Virus record (IMG/VR): IMGVR_UViG_3300037296_000405 | DNA from: an uncultured virus (IMG/VR IMGVR_UViG_3300037296_000405) | Taxonomy: Duplodnaviria; Heunggongvirae; Uroviricota; Caudoviricetes | Direction: 5' to 3' (one strand) | Length of the DNA stretch: 64,000 bases | Part shown: piece by piece, positions 9,100-19,794 of the stretch | How positions within the stretch are numbered: the first letter of the stretch is position 1 | Layout: the number at the start of each line of letters is the position of its first letter | Notes under the pieces: model-generated | What the model saw: only the letters and a program-made list of their open reading frames with translations | Database searches by the model: none | Told to the model about the DNA's origin: nothing | Position numbers and translations under genes: made by a program

Positions 9100-10698
9100 T
9101 TAAGCGTTCAACATTTCTTTTTGAGCTAGTTTAGCTACTTTTAATTCATACTCACTTACAATTAGAATTAATTTTCTGTAAATCATAACCATTGCGTAAG
9201 TATCAAGTTTACAATAATCAAGTAAATTTTTCTTAACTTGATAAAACTCTTTTCCTTTATTTCCACTCTTAGTATGATATTTACCATCAATAAGATTTCT
9301 ATAAATTGCTTGAGCATCTGCCCCATTAGTTATTTCCATTCTGTCATAACTTAATTCTGGAACTAATACAGGAAGAACAACCTTTATAGAACTTCTACCT
9401 TCAAACTTGTGAGTGTAAAATGCTTTTTTAAATGGAACTTCTAAATCGACCATTCTATCATTTAAAGAAAGTAATCTTTTTTTGAATTTTGGATAGTCTT
9501 TAGCTAATTCTTTAATTCTTGATTGCTCAAAAGATTTGTTAAAAACAAGAATACTTCCTCTTTGACCAATACTTTCAAGTAGAAATTTAATCATTGCCAT
9601 TCTTGGGTCTGATTTATTATCTTGAATATATTCAAAGTGTTTTAGTTTCCCACTTTTAGATTCAATATGAAGACTAGCTTGAAAAGTAACAAATTGGTGT
9701 GGCTTCATTTTTTCATAATCAGGAATAGCTTTATTGTAAGCTTCAAAATCTAAGTGATGAATTGGAAACTTTACACTTTTGATAAATGCCTTTAAAAACT
9801 TTAAGTCAACATGGTCTTCGCCAGTCACAGCAACTTCTAGTTGGATTTGTTGTTTAGGCGAAAGTATCGCAGGTGTTTTTAATTCATTAAATAAATTCTC
9901 AAAATTATCAGGAATTTGTTGAATATATTTAATATTGTGTTTTCTAAAAGCTATTCTTTTTTTATTTGAAAGTCTTGATAATTTCTCAACACTATCTTCA
10001 TTGATATTTTTTTTACAGTGAGAAGAAAAAGGACAAGCCCAAGGGTTTTTACAATGAGAACCTAATACTTTTTGGGGTTCATTTTTATTGTTTAAAGATT
10101 TTACCATTTTTTCTAAAATCCCTTCAACTTTAGGCAAGTATTCTTTAACTATAATATCAGTTACGTCAACAACTTTAAAGAATTTCTTGATATCAAAATT
10201 TTTACCTTGAATGTAGTCAGCACTTGGTTTCATAAGCAAAAGTTTATTAAAAGGCTTATTACTTTTTTTCATAACATAAGCTTGAAAAGCTATATCCCAA
10301 AAATGAACTTCTTGCTGAGAAGTAGCACTCTTAACTTCTACAAGATTATATTTTCTGTCTTCTTTTTGAAGAATATCAGCTCTTAAATATAATTGTAAAC
10401 CATTTTCAGTTACATGATGTATAGCGTATTCATAAGCTATAGAATGTTTCTTAAATGCTTTTTTAGATTCTTCAAGGGCTTTTTTTCTGTCAATTTCATC
10501 AACCATAAATCCATTTTTAAATTTTGGATGAGTAAGAGCAATATCTCCAACCTTATGACCTTCTTGAATATTAAGAAGCATAGATTCTGTCATTTTGACT
10601 TTAAGCTTCTTTTTGAATTTATTAAGCCAAAGCATCTTATGACACCTCATAAATTGAACAAAGTCTGTTTTAGTAATAAGTAAGTTAGTATGTTTCAT
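9100..10698 (-). CDS. DUF2779-domain protein (PD-(D/E)xK nuclease plus RNase H-like domain)
   Basis: RADIL..VEVKS, DIAFQ, C..PWACPF..HC, LDFEA, SIKVVLP, YCKLDT. Confidence 0.8.
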   Translation of the reverse strand: MKHTNLLITKTDFVQFMRCHKMLWLNKFKKKLKVKMTESMLLNIQEGHKVGDIALTHPKFKNGFMVDEIDRKKALEESKKAFKKHSIAYEYAIHHVTENGLQLYLRADILQKEDRKYNLVEVKSATSQQEVHFWDIAFQAYVMKKSNKPFNKLLLMKPSADYIQGKNFDIKKFFKVVDVTDIIVKEYLPKVEGILEKMVKSLNNKNEPQKVLGSHCKNPWACPFSSHCKKNINEDSVEKLSRLSNKKRIAFRKHNIKYIQQIPDNFENLFNELKTPAILSPKQQIQLEVAVTGEDHVDLKFLKAFIKSVKFPIHHLDFEAYNKAIPDYEKMKPHQFVTFQASLHIESKSGKLKHFEYIQDNKSDPRMAMIKFLLESIGQRGSILVFNKSFEQSRIKELAKDYPKFKKRLLSLNDRMVDLEVPFKKAFYTHKFEGRSSIKVVLPVLVPELSYDRMEITNGADAQAIYRNLIDGKYHTKSGNKGKEFYQVKKNLLDYCKLDTYAMVMIYRKLILIVSEYELKVAKLAQKEMLNA

Positions 10699-10760
10699 AT
10701 AAATCTCCCACTACTATTATAACATAGGTGTTATCTAAGATCAAGCTTTTTTTTAGCTAT

Positions 10761-11558
10761 TTAATTTATTATTTTTTCAGACACAAATCTCTTTGTTTTC
10801 CAATTTAATGCATTAACTCGTTGATTTCCTGTATCGTCAACACAATAAACAAAAAACCCATTAGAATATAATTCTTTTTTACGATAACCATTATGTCCGT
10901 ATATTTGATGTTTATTTTTTTGAGTTGGATTTCCCCTGTTCCATAAAAAATTTGATGATAATATATTCTCTTTTGTTAGGTCGTTTAATCTAATAGGAGC
11001 ATGTGAGCAAACCCAATCATTACCTTCAACTATTCTTGGTAGACTCTTGATAAAGTTTATATGTTTTTTAAGTATATGTTTTTTAGATGATGAGATTATA
11101 TCAATTAGCCTTAAAAACTCTCGCTCGTTATCAATAAAATAATTAGATGTTTCTATATTGACTTTATCGTTTAGCCACTCTTCACTTGTATAAAAATTTT
11201 CTAATATAGAAATTATTCTATTTTTATATTTTAGTATAAGTTTTCTATTCTTTAATGGGGTATAAGAAATTAAGGTCTCTACTCCACCATTAGTTAAAAA
11301 GTTTGACCAAGAATGAGAAAATTCAGATTCTACAAATTCTATAAAAAGTTCTTCATGGTTTCCAAATAAACATATTATATTTTTATTTTCTATTAAGTAG
11401 TTTATTAATTGTTTACTTTGGCTTCCTCTATCTTGAAGATCTCCAACTAAAATATACTTATAATTAGGATATCTTTTAATAAGACGTAAAATTTCCTTAA
11501 GCCGACCTTCCGCATCTCCAATAAATAAAATATTTTCATCTAGTATTTTTTTAAGCAT
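10761..11558 (-). CDS. metallophosphoesterase (Ser/Thr phosphatase-like)
   Basis: GD..DRG, GNHE, GH motifs. Confidence 0.8.
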   Translation of the reverse strand: MLKKILDENILFIGDAEGRLKEILRLIKRYPNYKYILVGDLQDRGSQSKQLINYLIENKNIICLFGNHEELFIEFVESEFSHSWSNFLTNGGVETLISYTPLKNRKLILKYKNRIISILENFYTSEEWLNDKVNIETSNYFIDNEREFLRLIDIISSSKKHILKKHINFIKSLPRIVEGNDWVCSHAPIRLNDLTKENILSSNFLWNRGNPTQKNKHQIYGHNGYRKKELYSNGFFVYCVDDTGNQRVNALNWKTKRFVSEKIIN

Positions 11559-11606
11559 ATAGAATTAAATCCCATAAAAATATAATTAATGTTCATATAT
11601 TGGACA

Positions 11607-11858
11607 TTAAAAAAGTTGTTGGTTTATCTGTTTTTGAATGTTATTGCTAACACTTAATAATGAAACTGTCGTACATTTCAACTTATCAGAGTAAGAAGGA
11701 TTAACTTGTATTGAACATAAAATATGATTTTCAGAGGTATTAAATCTTTTTTGAGCTAATAAATATGAATGTTTAATAACGGTAAGTACGCCAACTACAA
11801 GACATATTTGCATAAAAAGTTTTTTAAATTTGTAAACTGTTGATTTAATAGACTTCAT
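11607..11858 (-). CDS. hypothetical membrane protein
   Basis: 83 aa, AAGGAG SD. Confidence 0.6.
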   Translation of the reverse strand: MKSIKSTVYKFKKLFMQICLVVGVLTVIKHSYLLAQKRFNTSENHILCSIQVNPSYSDKLKCTTVSLLSVSNNIQKQINQQLF

Positions 11859-11954
11859 AAAAAACTCCTTAGTTACCTTATTATATCATTTTAATGTAAA
11901 ATTTACAAGACATTTATGTATAGATTTATCTATTAATTGTGGTATAATAATTGC

Positions 11955-12518
11955 ATGAAGTATTTTATTTTTTTATTTATTTTTATATTAACGGGAGGAT
12001 ACTCTTCAGGTAGGTCAGAGAATTTTATTTCTAATAAGAATAAATTAGTTGTTCAGCAAATCAATCCATCATGGTGTTGGGCAGCCTCAATAGAAGCAGT
12101 TTATAATTACTTTGATTTAAATATAAATCAAGAATTTATTGTAAAAGATTTTTTTAATATAAAGAATCTTTTACCCCAAGATTATGTTTTAGACAACGCT
12201 AGGGTATCATCCAATTCAGATGTTTATTTAAAAGATAAGTACTTAGACAACTCACAAATATCAAGCAAAATAATAGCTATCAGTGATATAAAAAAAAATA
12301 TTGATGACAACAGACCAGTTATTGCAATGTTTTCAAATCATGTTGTTATTGTCGTTGGATATAAAATTATATCTAATTCAAAGATAAAATATCAAGTAAT
12401 GGACCCTTATTTTAAGTTTTTAAAAGAGAGCCCATTTTCTTGGAGAGATAGAAATACAATGTTATTCTCAGAAGGTAATCATCCCTCAACTTTCATTGCA
12501 ATATCATCTATTTATTAA
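11955..12518 (+). CDS. exported papain-like cysteine peptidase (C39/C70-like)
   Basis: QQ..WCWAAS, HVVIVVGY, MDP; leaderless ATG at 11955. Confidence 0.75.
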   Translation: MKYFIFLFIFILTGGYSSGRSENFISNKNKLVVQQINPSWCWAASIEAVYNYFDLNINQEFIVKDFFNIKNLLPQDYVLDNARVSSNSDVYLKDKYLDNSQISSKIIAISDIKKNIDDNRPVIAMFSNHVVIVVGYKIISNSKIKYQVMDPYFKFLKESPFSWRDRNTMLFSEGNHPSTFIAISSIY

Positions 12519-13135
12519 GCATATTGTAGAGAATAAGAATCTATTGTTTCTCTGTTTATTAGAGGGTTGTTGTCGTATGATTCATTAATTGCGTGATACC
12601 AAAAATTACTATATTTTCTTTTTATGAGGTAGTTTGAATCTTTTTCAAAAGATATTCTTTTTTTGTAATTACTTCTTGTTATTATCACTTTAACTGAATC
12701 TAATAATTCTAATAAATCATGTTTGTTTTCTTTAAACTTTTTCTCTTCATTACGTATTAGACGAATTACATCAGCAGGCTTTAATTTTGATGATTTCTTT
12801 AAAAAATCTTTCCATAATTTTTTATGTTTAGGATTATTTGGGTTTATTTTACCCTTTCTACGATTACATGGATCACATGCTGTAACCAAGTTATCAATCT
12901 TATGTTCTTGAACAACACATAAAGGTATATAATGGTCTATAGTTAAAACTTTTCTATCAAATGGTTTTGTACAATATTTACAACAGTCATTATCTCTAAT
13001 GAAGACCATCTCTCTTAAATCTTGTGGAATCCGTTTTCTTTTTCTTGAAATAGAGTATACATCTGAGTCTAGATAATCTAATTCTTTTGTAAATAAAAAT
13101 TTTACTCTTTGAATAAACGATGTTTTCAGTATCAT
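12515..13135 (-). CDS. HNH endonuclease
   Basis: RD..CKYC, TIDHYIP, NLVTACDPCNRRKG. Confidence 0.9.
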   Translation of the reverse strand: MILKTSFIQRVKFLFTKELDYLDSDVYSISRKRKRIPQDLREMVFIRDNDCCKYCTKPFDRKVLTIDHYIPLCVVQEHKIDNLVTACDPCNRRKGKINPNNPKHKKLWKDFLKKSSKLKPADVIRLIRNEEKKFKENKHDLLELLDSVKVIITRSNYKKRISFEKDSNYLIKRKYSNFWYHAINESYDNNPLINRETIDSYSLQYA

Positions 13136-13189
13136 AATAACTCCCCTTAAACATCATATCAGTCATTATTATATAAAGCAAGATCTTTT

Positions 13190-13327
13190 TTAATCTTTTG
13201 TAGCTCCCGAATTAATAAGGTTTTCTCTAGAAATTTCTTCTCGACCAAAAATCAGGGCTTTATCTTTTTCAATCCATAATATTTCTAAAAATAATCCATC
13301 AACAGATAACCATAATTCAAAAGGCAT
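13190..13327 (-). CDS. small hypothetical protein (45 aa, not in track)
   Basis: MPFELWLSVDG..., AAGGA SD, follows upstream stop. Confidence 0.55.
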   Translation of the reverse strand: MPFELWLSVDGLFLEILWIEKDKALIFGREEISRENLINSGATKD

Positions 13328-13328
13328 T

Positions 13329-13538
13329 TTATATCCTTTTACTTATATATGTCCAAGCAACAATTTTTCCAGAAATATCCCACTCAAATCGATTGCCTAT
13401 TAAATTAACATTTTTGTTTATTAACATTACATGATAAATACTTCGCATATGAGGAATACTCAATTCAATTAAAACACATCCATCATCGGGTAATTCTGAT
13501 AAATTTGTATTCCATTCAAAATCATTACTTTTTTCCAT
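13329..13538 (-). CDS. hypothetical protein
   Basis: 69 aa, AAGGA SD. Confidence 0.65.
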   Translation of the reverse strand: MEKSNDFEWNTNLSELPDDGCVLIELSIPHMRSIYHVMLINKNVNLIGNRFEWDISGKIVAWTYISKRI

Positions 13539-13944
13539 TAATTTCCTTGTTAATAAATCTAGAAATTATTCCATACAGGATTAAATATATTGAAATAGGA
13601 TTGAGTAAATATAGTATAATAAAGCCTTCTTTACTGAATGCTACTTCGTAGAAAAATAAGTTCACTAACATTTGAGTTAAATTAATTAATATTAGTCCAA
13701 AAACTAATCCGACTTTATTGTTCTGAGTGTTACATAAAGCTTTGTTAAAAAAATCACTTCTAATAAAATTGAAATCTTTTAACAATGTTAAAGTCAATAT
13801 ACTTGGAAATATTAATTGGGATACAAACAATACTACAGTGTTCCCAATGAACTTGTAATAGGTTAATATATAGTTGAAAGAAATAACTACCAATAATAGA
13901 ATAAAAACAATCTTTAATATATTTTTGATATTAGTTAGATTCAT
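13525..13944 (-). CDS. multi-pass membrane protein
   Basis: four hydrophobic segments. Confidence 0.7.
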   Translation of the reverse strand: MNLTNIKNILKIVFILLLVVISFNYILTYYKFIGNTVVLFVSQLIFPSILTLTLLKDFNFIRSDFFNKALCNTQNNKVGLVFGLILINLTQMLVNLFFYEVAFSKEGFIILYLLNPISIYLILYGIISRFINKEINGKK

Positions 13945-14305
13945 ACAAATCTTTCTTCATCCTCTCTAAACCTTTATCTAAAGAATATTCAATAGAATTT
14001 TGATTAATTTGATTTTCGATATTTGACATCTTTTTTAAATCTTGAAGCATTAGATTTAATGAAAAATCTCCCTGTGTAGTATCATCTTTTTGATTTAATC
14101 TAACTGAACATGATATTTTTTCTTTACCTATAACTTCAGCTAATGAGTTTTGATATTTACAAATTTCTTTATTATTAATTATTTCTTTGAATGAAAATGT
14201 TCTATTATTAAATTCATAAATATCTTTAGCGGATTCCCTATCGATATTTTTAGCATTAATTGTGAATGTCATAAGCAAAATAATTAAGATTACAATTTTT
14301 TTCAT
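13931..14305 (-). CDS. hypothetical exported protein
   Basis: signal peptide. Confidence 0.7.
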   Translation of the reverse strand: MKKIVILIILLMTFTINAKNIDRESAKDIYEFNNRTFSFKEIINNKEICKYQNSLAEVIGKEKISCSVRLNQKDDTTQGDFSLNLMLQDLKKMSNIENQINQNSIEYSLDKGLERMKKDLYESN

Positions 14306-14386
14306 AAATGCCCTTTTTAATTAATTATAACATATTTTTTTAAGAGAACAAGTCTTTTATTTAATTTATATGGTATAATGTTTATC

Positions 14387-14797
14387 ATGATACTTACTAC
14401 AATTATATTTTCACAATTAAATATTAAAGAGCCTAGTTTTAAAGAAACTTACTCCGATTTAATTAAAAGAGTAGAATCTCGTATTCATTTAAAATGCAAG
14501 AATCAAATAGTTAAAATTGACTATGTCTGGATGCCTAAAGAGATAGAAGGTAATCTTCTTAAAAATGAATATGCTAGATATAACTATAGCTATAGCAAAC
14601 CTTGGATAGAATTTAGTTCTATATTTAAAGAATTAACAATAAAAGATAAGGAATTAAATTTGTATCATGAGATTGGTCATGTATATGGATTGGGTCATTC
14701 AATGAAAGGAATAATGTCATCTCCGATAAAGGAAGTCACTCAAGATTGGAATAGTTATTTTTCAAGATTATGTTCATCAATTGTGCAAAAAAAATAG
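14387..14797 (+). CDS. matrixin-like zinc metalloprotease
   Basis: HEIGHVYGLGH plus Met-turn (GIM); start codon uncertain. Confidence 0.8.
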   Translation: MILTTIIFSQLNIKEPSFKETYSDLIKRVESRIHLKCKNQIVKIDYVWMPKEIEGNLLKNEYARYNYSYSKPWIEFSSIFKELTIKDKELNLYHEIGHVYGLGHSMKGIMSSPIKEVTQDWNSYFSRLCSSIVQKK

Positions 14798-15076
14798 CTT
14801 AATTTTATTAAAGTATAAATAGATAATATATATTATTATTATTCTATTATCTATATATTCTTTCCATTATTATATATATCTAAAAGGTATTATTTATATA
14901 TGTATATCTTACTTGTACGAATAAGGGGTATATTGTACGCGGACTTGCGTATAGTGTTAAAAAGAAACAATCTACTTGACTAAAATCATCGGTACGCAGA
15001 AGTGAAAATTGAAAAAAATAAATAGATTTATAAACATTTTTTATTTATAAACCTATTTTGTTTTATGTTGAAAATT

Positions 15077-15352
15077 TTAATCAGAAGAATCATATGTTGT
15101 TGAGAATTTGAAGACGTTATCGACAATATTTTTTGATGAAACTCCAGTCCAGCCCGGACAATGTTTTTCTGCCATAATTTTTTTAATTTGATTGAGTTCA
15201 TCGGAAGAAACTTCTCTGCCAAAAGCCACTTCTCTATAAAAATCTTTAATACACCTTCCACCAGATACAGGGTCGCTCCAACCAGTATCTTTAACTATTT
15301 TAATATTTAATTCCATAGCTTTTTCTAGTAAGTAATTAATTGCATCATTCAT
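15077..15352 (-). CDS. hypothetical phage protein
   Basis: 91 aa, AAGGAG SD. Confidence 0.7.
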   Translation of the reverse strand: MNDAINYLLEKAMELNIKIVKDTGWSDPVSGGRCIKDFYREVAFGREVSSDELNQIKKIMAEKHCPGWTGVSSKNIVDNVFKFSTTYDSSD

Positions 15353-15407
15353 AGAATCTCCTTAAGTGTTGTTTGTATTTATATTTTAACAGATGAGATA
15401 TTTTTAG

Positions 15408-15722
15408 TCAAGAGAATATTTCTTTTATTCCTTTTAAATATTCTATATGTTTTTTAGTTAGTAATCCTCTTACCTTTAACTCTTCGGAAACATTAAATAA
15501 TTCCGTTGTAACTACAACTGGATGATGGTGAAGATTCTCAATTAGCTCAAAGAACCAATCTTCTATTTCTTTATTAGATAGGTTTTTCCAATCTATCTTA
15601 CTTTCGTACTTAACTGTCTTTTTTATTTTACATGATGAGTCAAGTGATGAACCAATCATAAAAAGAACAGAAACACTTGATAGCGCTATTATAAGCACGA
15701 AAGATGCTTGTATAGCATTCAT
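15408..15722 (-). CDS. hypothetical membrane protein
   Basis: TAATG coupling; N-terminal TM helix. Confidence 0.65.
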   Translation of the reverse strand: MNAIQASFVLIIALSSVSVLFMIGSSLDSSCKIKKTVKYESKIDWKNLSNKEIEDWFFELIENLHHHPVVVTTELFNVSEELKVRGLLTKKHIEYLKGIKEIFS

Positions 15723-16663
15723 TAGTATTTCTTTTTTGCAGGAAGCTCTTTCCATGTAAGTTTAGCTTTAGGTTCGATTCTTAAAGCTTTCTCCTCAGAA
15801 CGTTTTTTAAACCCTTCTATTTGGTTTTGTTTAAGCGTAGTTACACAATATTTCTCTTCTGCCCACTTACCATCTTCGTTCTTAAACCATTTACCATTTT
15901 CATCTTTAAGTTTTTCAACTTTAAACCAACATCTGTTTCTTTTCCAGTACAGTTCATAGAAGTTTTTAGAAACATAACCAGAAACTCTCAACTCTATCAT
16001 AGGCATTAATAGCTCTTCTAAGCCGTCTACATTGATTATCAATTGAAGTAGTGCATCAACATCATTAATTGCTCTATGAGCCTCAAAATCAAACGCTAAA
16101 GACTCATCTATGAGGGCAAGTGCCGGACCTAGAATCTCTTGCTTTCTGTTTGGAAGACCTTTATCATACCAGTTAATTTCGTTGAGTGAACAAATCCATT
16201 CTGTTTTTGCTGAATATTCTTTTCTTTGACCAAGCATAGTTTTATCAAACTCGGCATTATGTGCGACAATAAAATCACATTCTTCTAGTAGTGAATTAGC
16301 TTCTTCCCAATTGATTGATTGACCAAGAACCATATCAGAAGTTATCCCTGTAAGTTCCTCAATTAGTGGAGTCATTTTGTCCATTGATGAAGGTTCTTGA
16401 AATTGGTCAAATGCTTCGAGTACTTTAACAATCTCAAAAGTTTCTTTGTTATATAAAAAAGGTCTAATTGCCAATTCTGTTATTTCATCTTCAAGAGGGC
16501 ATATTCCAGTTGTTTCAGTGTCGGCTGTACAGGCTTTTGATATAATATGTTTATTTTCTTCTAGCCACTCATCGCTATAAACTTTTTTTAATTTAATATC
16601 TTTTAAGATGTTTTTTCCAATAAAAGATGATACTACTTGTAATTGTTTTTTGCTAAATGACAT
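15722..16663 (-). CDS. DnaQ-like 3'-5' exonuclease
   Basis: DTETTG, AHNAEFD, HRAINDV. Confidence 0.9.
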   Translation of the reverse strand: MSFSKKQLQVVSSFIGKNILKDIKLKKVYSDEWLEENKHIISKACTADTETTGICPLEDEITELAIRPFLYNKETFEIVKVLEAFDQFQEPSSMDKMTPLIEELTGITSDMVLGQSINWEEANSLLEECDFIVAHNAEFDKTMLGQRKEYSAKTEWICSLNEINWYDKGLPNRKQEILGPALALIDESLAFDFEAHRAINDVDALLQLIINVDGLEELLMPMIELRVSGYVSKNFYELYWKRNRCWFKVEKLKDENGKWFKNEDGKWAEEKYCVTTLKQNQIEGFKKRSEEKALRIEPKAKLTWKELPAKKKY

Positions 16664-16817
16664 AAAGTCCCCCGTTAATTATTTGTTCTATTATATCATA
16701 AACAAACTTTGATTAAAAGGTATAATTTAATAAAATCTAATACTTAAACAAAAACAGTAAGTTAAGTGATCTTTAATTCTCTTTGATTATTATTTATTTG
16801 TGTGCTAATATATTGTT

Positions 16818-17024
16818 ATGAATGATGAAAGAATTAGGTATTTGTTTATTATAAAGAGTGAATCTGTTGTTTTGTTCGAGGGATACCTTCTTCATGATGA
16901 GGCATGGGTCTTATCTAATTCAATAGGATTTTGCTCAGTTTCTTTTAATCAATTAAAGCAAAAAAAAGAAACAGATAAAAATTATAAAGAAATATTATTA
17001 AAATATAATAAAAATAACATTTAG
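16818..17024 (+). CDS. hypothetical protein
   Basis: 68 aa, leaderless promoter. Confidence 0.6.
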   Translation: MNDERIRYLFIIKSESVVLFEGYLLHDEAWVLSNSIGFCSVSFNQLKQKKETDKNYKEILLKYNKNNI

Positions 17025-17029
17025 CATTT

Positions 17030-17431
17030 ATGCAAAAAAAAATACGAGTTAAATCATTAAAGTCATATGAAGATTGGGAAAGAGGTAATCTTTACATAAA
17101 AAATGAATTCTTTAAACATTCAAGTTATATTCCTAGAGATAATTTAAAGTTAGTTTATTCAGGTAATCAAGTTATAGGTGCTTTATCATTTGAAAAAGAA
17201 GCTTCAGATAAAATTTTTATTAAAGAATTAGTGATAAACGAGGATTTAAGAGGCAGAGGTCTAGGTCTAAAGACAGTTCCTAAGATTGTTAAATATTTTA
17301 AATACAAAGGTGTAAAAGAAATAAAACTTATTTGTGAAGAAAAACTAGTATCATTTTATAATAAAAACAATATTGAAATGGAGTTTGATAATGGTTTTTT
17401 TTATTCTACAATTATAACTAATAATTATTAA
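17030..17431 (+). CDS. GNAT acetyltransferase
   Basis: LRGRGLG motif A, SFY. Confidence 0.8.
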   Translation: MQKKIRVKSLKSYEDWERGNLYIKNEFFKHSSYIPRDNLKLVYSGNQVIGALSFEKEASDKIFIKELVINEDLRGRGLGLKTVPKIVKYFKYKGVKEIKLICEEKLVSFYNKNNIEMEFDNGFFYSTIITNNY

Positions 17432-17814
17432 TAATAGTGCTGAGCAAATCTTAAATAGATATCACCATAATAACTTTCAGGCTTATAAGCTCCACAAGTA
17501 TGAATTATAGCCATAAAATAGGCATCTCTGTCTTTTGATTTTTTCCACATTTCTTTATTGACGTAGACAACTCTTTTCTCTATATCTTTATTCATTTTAC
17601 AATAAGCTGCATGAGTTGGAGCATACAGTGTTTCGTCAAAAACTATTTTCATTTCATCGCCATTATTAAATTCTGGAGTAATGTCTGAATTATGGTTTTG
17701 TAAATAGTTTAATACATAAGGTTTGAATTCAGGGTGTACATTCTCTGAATTGTTTTTTTTCATTGCAGATGAGCATGAAATCGAAATTGATATTAATAAC
17801 ATTATTTTAATCAT
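17428..17814 (-). CDS. putative lipoprotein (degenerate metalloprotease-like)
   Basis: lipobox ISC; AYC...VYVNKEMW. Confidence 0.55.
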   Translation of the reverse strand: MIKIMLLISISISCSSAMKKNNSENVHPEFKPYVLNYLQNHNSDITPEFNNGDEMKIVFDETLYAPTHAAYCKMNKDIEKRVVYVNKEMWKKSKDRDAYFMAIIHTCGAYKPESYYGDIYLRFAQHYY

Positions 17815-18230
17815 TTATAATCCTTATTTATATATTTTATATAGTCTTCTCTGTATTGGTCAACTGGTTTACTAATATTATTGATAAAAGACAACGCTCT
17901 ATCCATATCTTTCTTTGGACTAGGTTTTAGTTTAAATCCATTATCTTTATAGTGATTTACTTGAAAATCAATTTTTATAAGATTATCCTGATTTGAACTT
18001 GATTGTATAGGAGTGTCAAAAAGACTAATAACATTTACGCTACTTACTTGATTTTTAATATTGATGCAAAATGCCTCGAATTCGACAATATCATTCAATT
18101 GAATAGGACTCATTAAAGACAAAATATTTGTGTCCTCTACAATAATAACTTGAGACCAACCAATTATCTTAATCATAGCAACAACTTTAATATCATGTTT
18201 CTTTTGAATTTCAATTATTTCTTCAAACAT
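17811..18230 (-). CDS. hypothetical protein
   Basis: AAGGA SD before MFEE. Confidence 0.65.
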   Translation of the reverse strand: MFEEIIEIQKKHDIKVVAMIKIIGWSQVIIVEDTNILSLMSPIQLNDIVEFEAFCINIKNQVSSVNVISLFDTPIQSSSNQDNLIKIDFQVNHYKDNGFKLKPSPKKDMDRALSFINNISKPVDQYREDYIKYINKDYK

Positions 18231-18396
18231 AAAAAACAGTCCTTTTTTTTTATTATACACTTATTAGGATAATAAATCCAGTGTTAATTATCATATTTGC
18301 TAAATACTGGATATTATTGATTATCGTAAAAATAAGTTTAATTAAATATTTTCCATTTATTACTTAAGCAATAATAACCTTAACAAAGGGAGTTTT

Positions 18397-18648
18397 ATGT
18401 TAGGTGATAATGAGAAAGAAATTATTGGTTTATCTTGGGCAGTAGAAGATACAGTTAAGAATTATAATATGGTTGTAACAACTAAAGAAATATTAGCGAA
18501 TTGTGACTCAGGTTGTGATGCGACAATATTTTTTGTAGATTTTCAATCAAAAAATATTAATTCTGTTTGTAAAGCTTCAGATATTGAACAAGACTTATCT
18601 AAAATTAATTCTGATTTAAACAAATGTAAGAATGATGAAGTTGCTTAG
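18397..18648 (+). CDS. hypothetical protein
   Basis: 83 aa, GGGGAG SD. Confidence 0.7.
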   Translation: MLGDNEKEIIGLSWAVEDTVKNYNMVVTTKEILANCDSGCDATIFFVDFQSKNINSVCKASDIEQDLSKINSDLNKCKNDEVA

Positions 18649-18649
18649 C

Positions 18650-18678
18650 AGAGAGGGGAAACCCTCTCTTTTTTTTTT
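18650..18678 (+). terminator. Rho-independent terminator
   Basis: AGAGAGGG-GAAA-CCCTCTCT plus T-run. Confidence 0.9.
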
Positions 18679-18700
18679 AATTAAATACATTTAATAACAT

Positions 18701-19723
18701 ATGAACGATAAAATACTAAATTACTTTATTAATCTAAATTGGTCGGATAAGGACATCTTCGTTTATTTAAAAATGAATGCTATTTGTTTCGTATTAAATA
18801 TAGCATCTTTATTGTTATTAATTACGGGTCTAATTTATTTATATTTTATTATAAGTATTGTAATTTTATTATTTCATTTTATTGTAATTTTTTCTTTTAA
18901 ATCTAGTAATTTTAAAACTTTATTTTTTTCTTTAATTCATTTAAGTGAAAAAGGAAAAATTGATAGAGAAATTATTTTAAGTGAGATGTTTAACCGAAGT
19001 CAAGCTAATATAAATAATATAAACAAAATAGATAAACTATCATTAATTAAAAAACATATAAGTCCTAATCAGTCAATCATTCGTTTTATTCATGAAAAAG
19101 ACGTTAGAGATAATTTTATAAGATGGAGTATGTATTCTCCTTTAGATAGATTAAACTTAGATTATAAAAAGCAAGTACTATCTCATGATAGAATGAAATG
19201 TGAAGAATATCAAAGTATATCAAAAGATGTTGTTGAGAGATATTTTTCACTGTATTCTCCTAAAGACATTGTAAGAATGTTTACTACTTACTATAACTTT
19301 GAAGACTATTTATATTGCATTGATTCTGGATTTAATGGAAATTTTCCTATCAAGAAAGACGTTAAATCATTGAGAAATTATCTTATGGATATAAATGAAA
19401 AAGATTATTGTTTAATCGAAAAAAACAAGTGGTTGTCTAATTTAGGCGCATCATATAGAGTTGTAAAAAACAAAAGGGATTTATTTGATTTAGCTGATAA
19501 GATGGAAAATTGTCTTAAGAGTTATGACGAAAAATTAAAAAGAAATAAAACTATAATAGTCTCGTATTCCTTTTTAAATAAAATTGATTATGTTGTTGAG
19601 ATAATTCCAGACAAAGGTTTGGTTAGAGAAATAAAAGGTTTTAAAAATATGACTCCTTTTAAATCTGAAGAACTTAAAATTAAAAAAGAGATTTTTATAG
19701 CATTTAAAAATAGGATTAATTAA
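18701..19723 (+). CDS. membrane-anchored PcfJ-like protein
   Basis: two N-terminal TM helices; C-terminal DL..LADKMENCLKSY...EIKGFKN. Confidence 0.7.
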   Translation: MNDKILNYFINLNWSDKDIFVYLKMNAICFVLNIASLLLLITGLIYLYFIISIVILLFHFIVIFSFKSSNFKTLFFSLIHLSEKGKIDREIILSEMFNRSQANINNINKIDKLSLIKKHISPNQSIIRFIHEKDVRDNFIRWSMYSPLDRLNLDYKKQVLSHDRMKCEEYQSISKDVVERYFSLYSPKDIVRMFTTYYNFEDYLYCIDSGFNGNFPIKKDVKSLRNYLMDINEKDYCLIEKNKWLSNLGASYRVVKNKRDLFDLADKMENCLKSYDEKLKRNKTIIVSYSFLNKIDYVVEIIPDKGLVREIKGFKNMTPFKSEELKIKKEIFIAFKNRIN

Positions 19724-19794
19724 ATTTATAGAATCTACCTTTTATTTGATTGTTATATTTGTTCGTGTTAAAATATATTTATTGGAGATTGATC

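Noticed and set aside
9100..10698. Cas4/CRISPR adaptation gene
   Set aside because: The Cys cluster and nuclease motifs fit a standalone DUF2779-type protein; no cas context.
12515..13135. HNH as an intron-encoded homing endonuclease
   Set aside because: It has its own promoter and SD, and no interrupted host gene flanks it.
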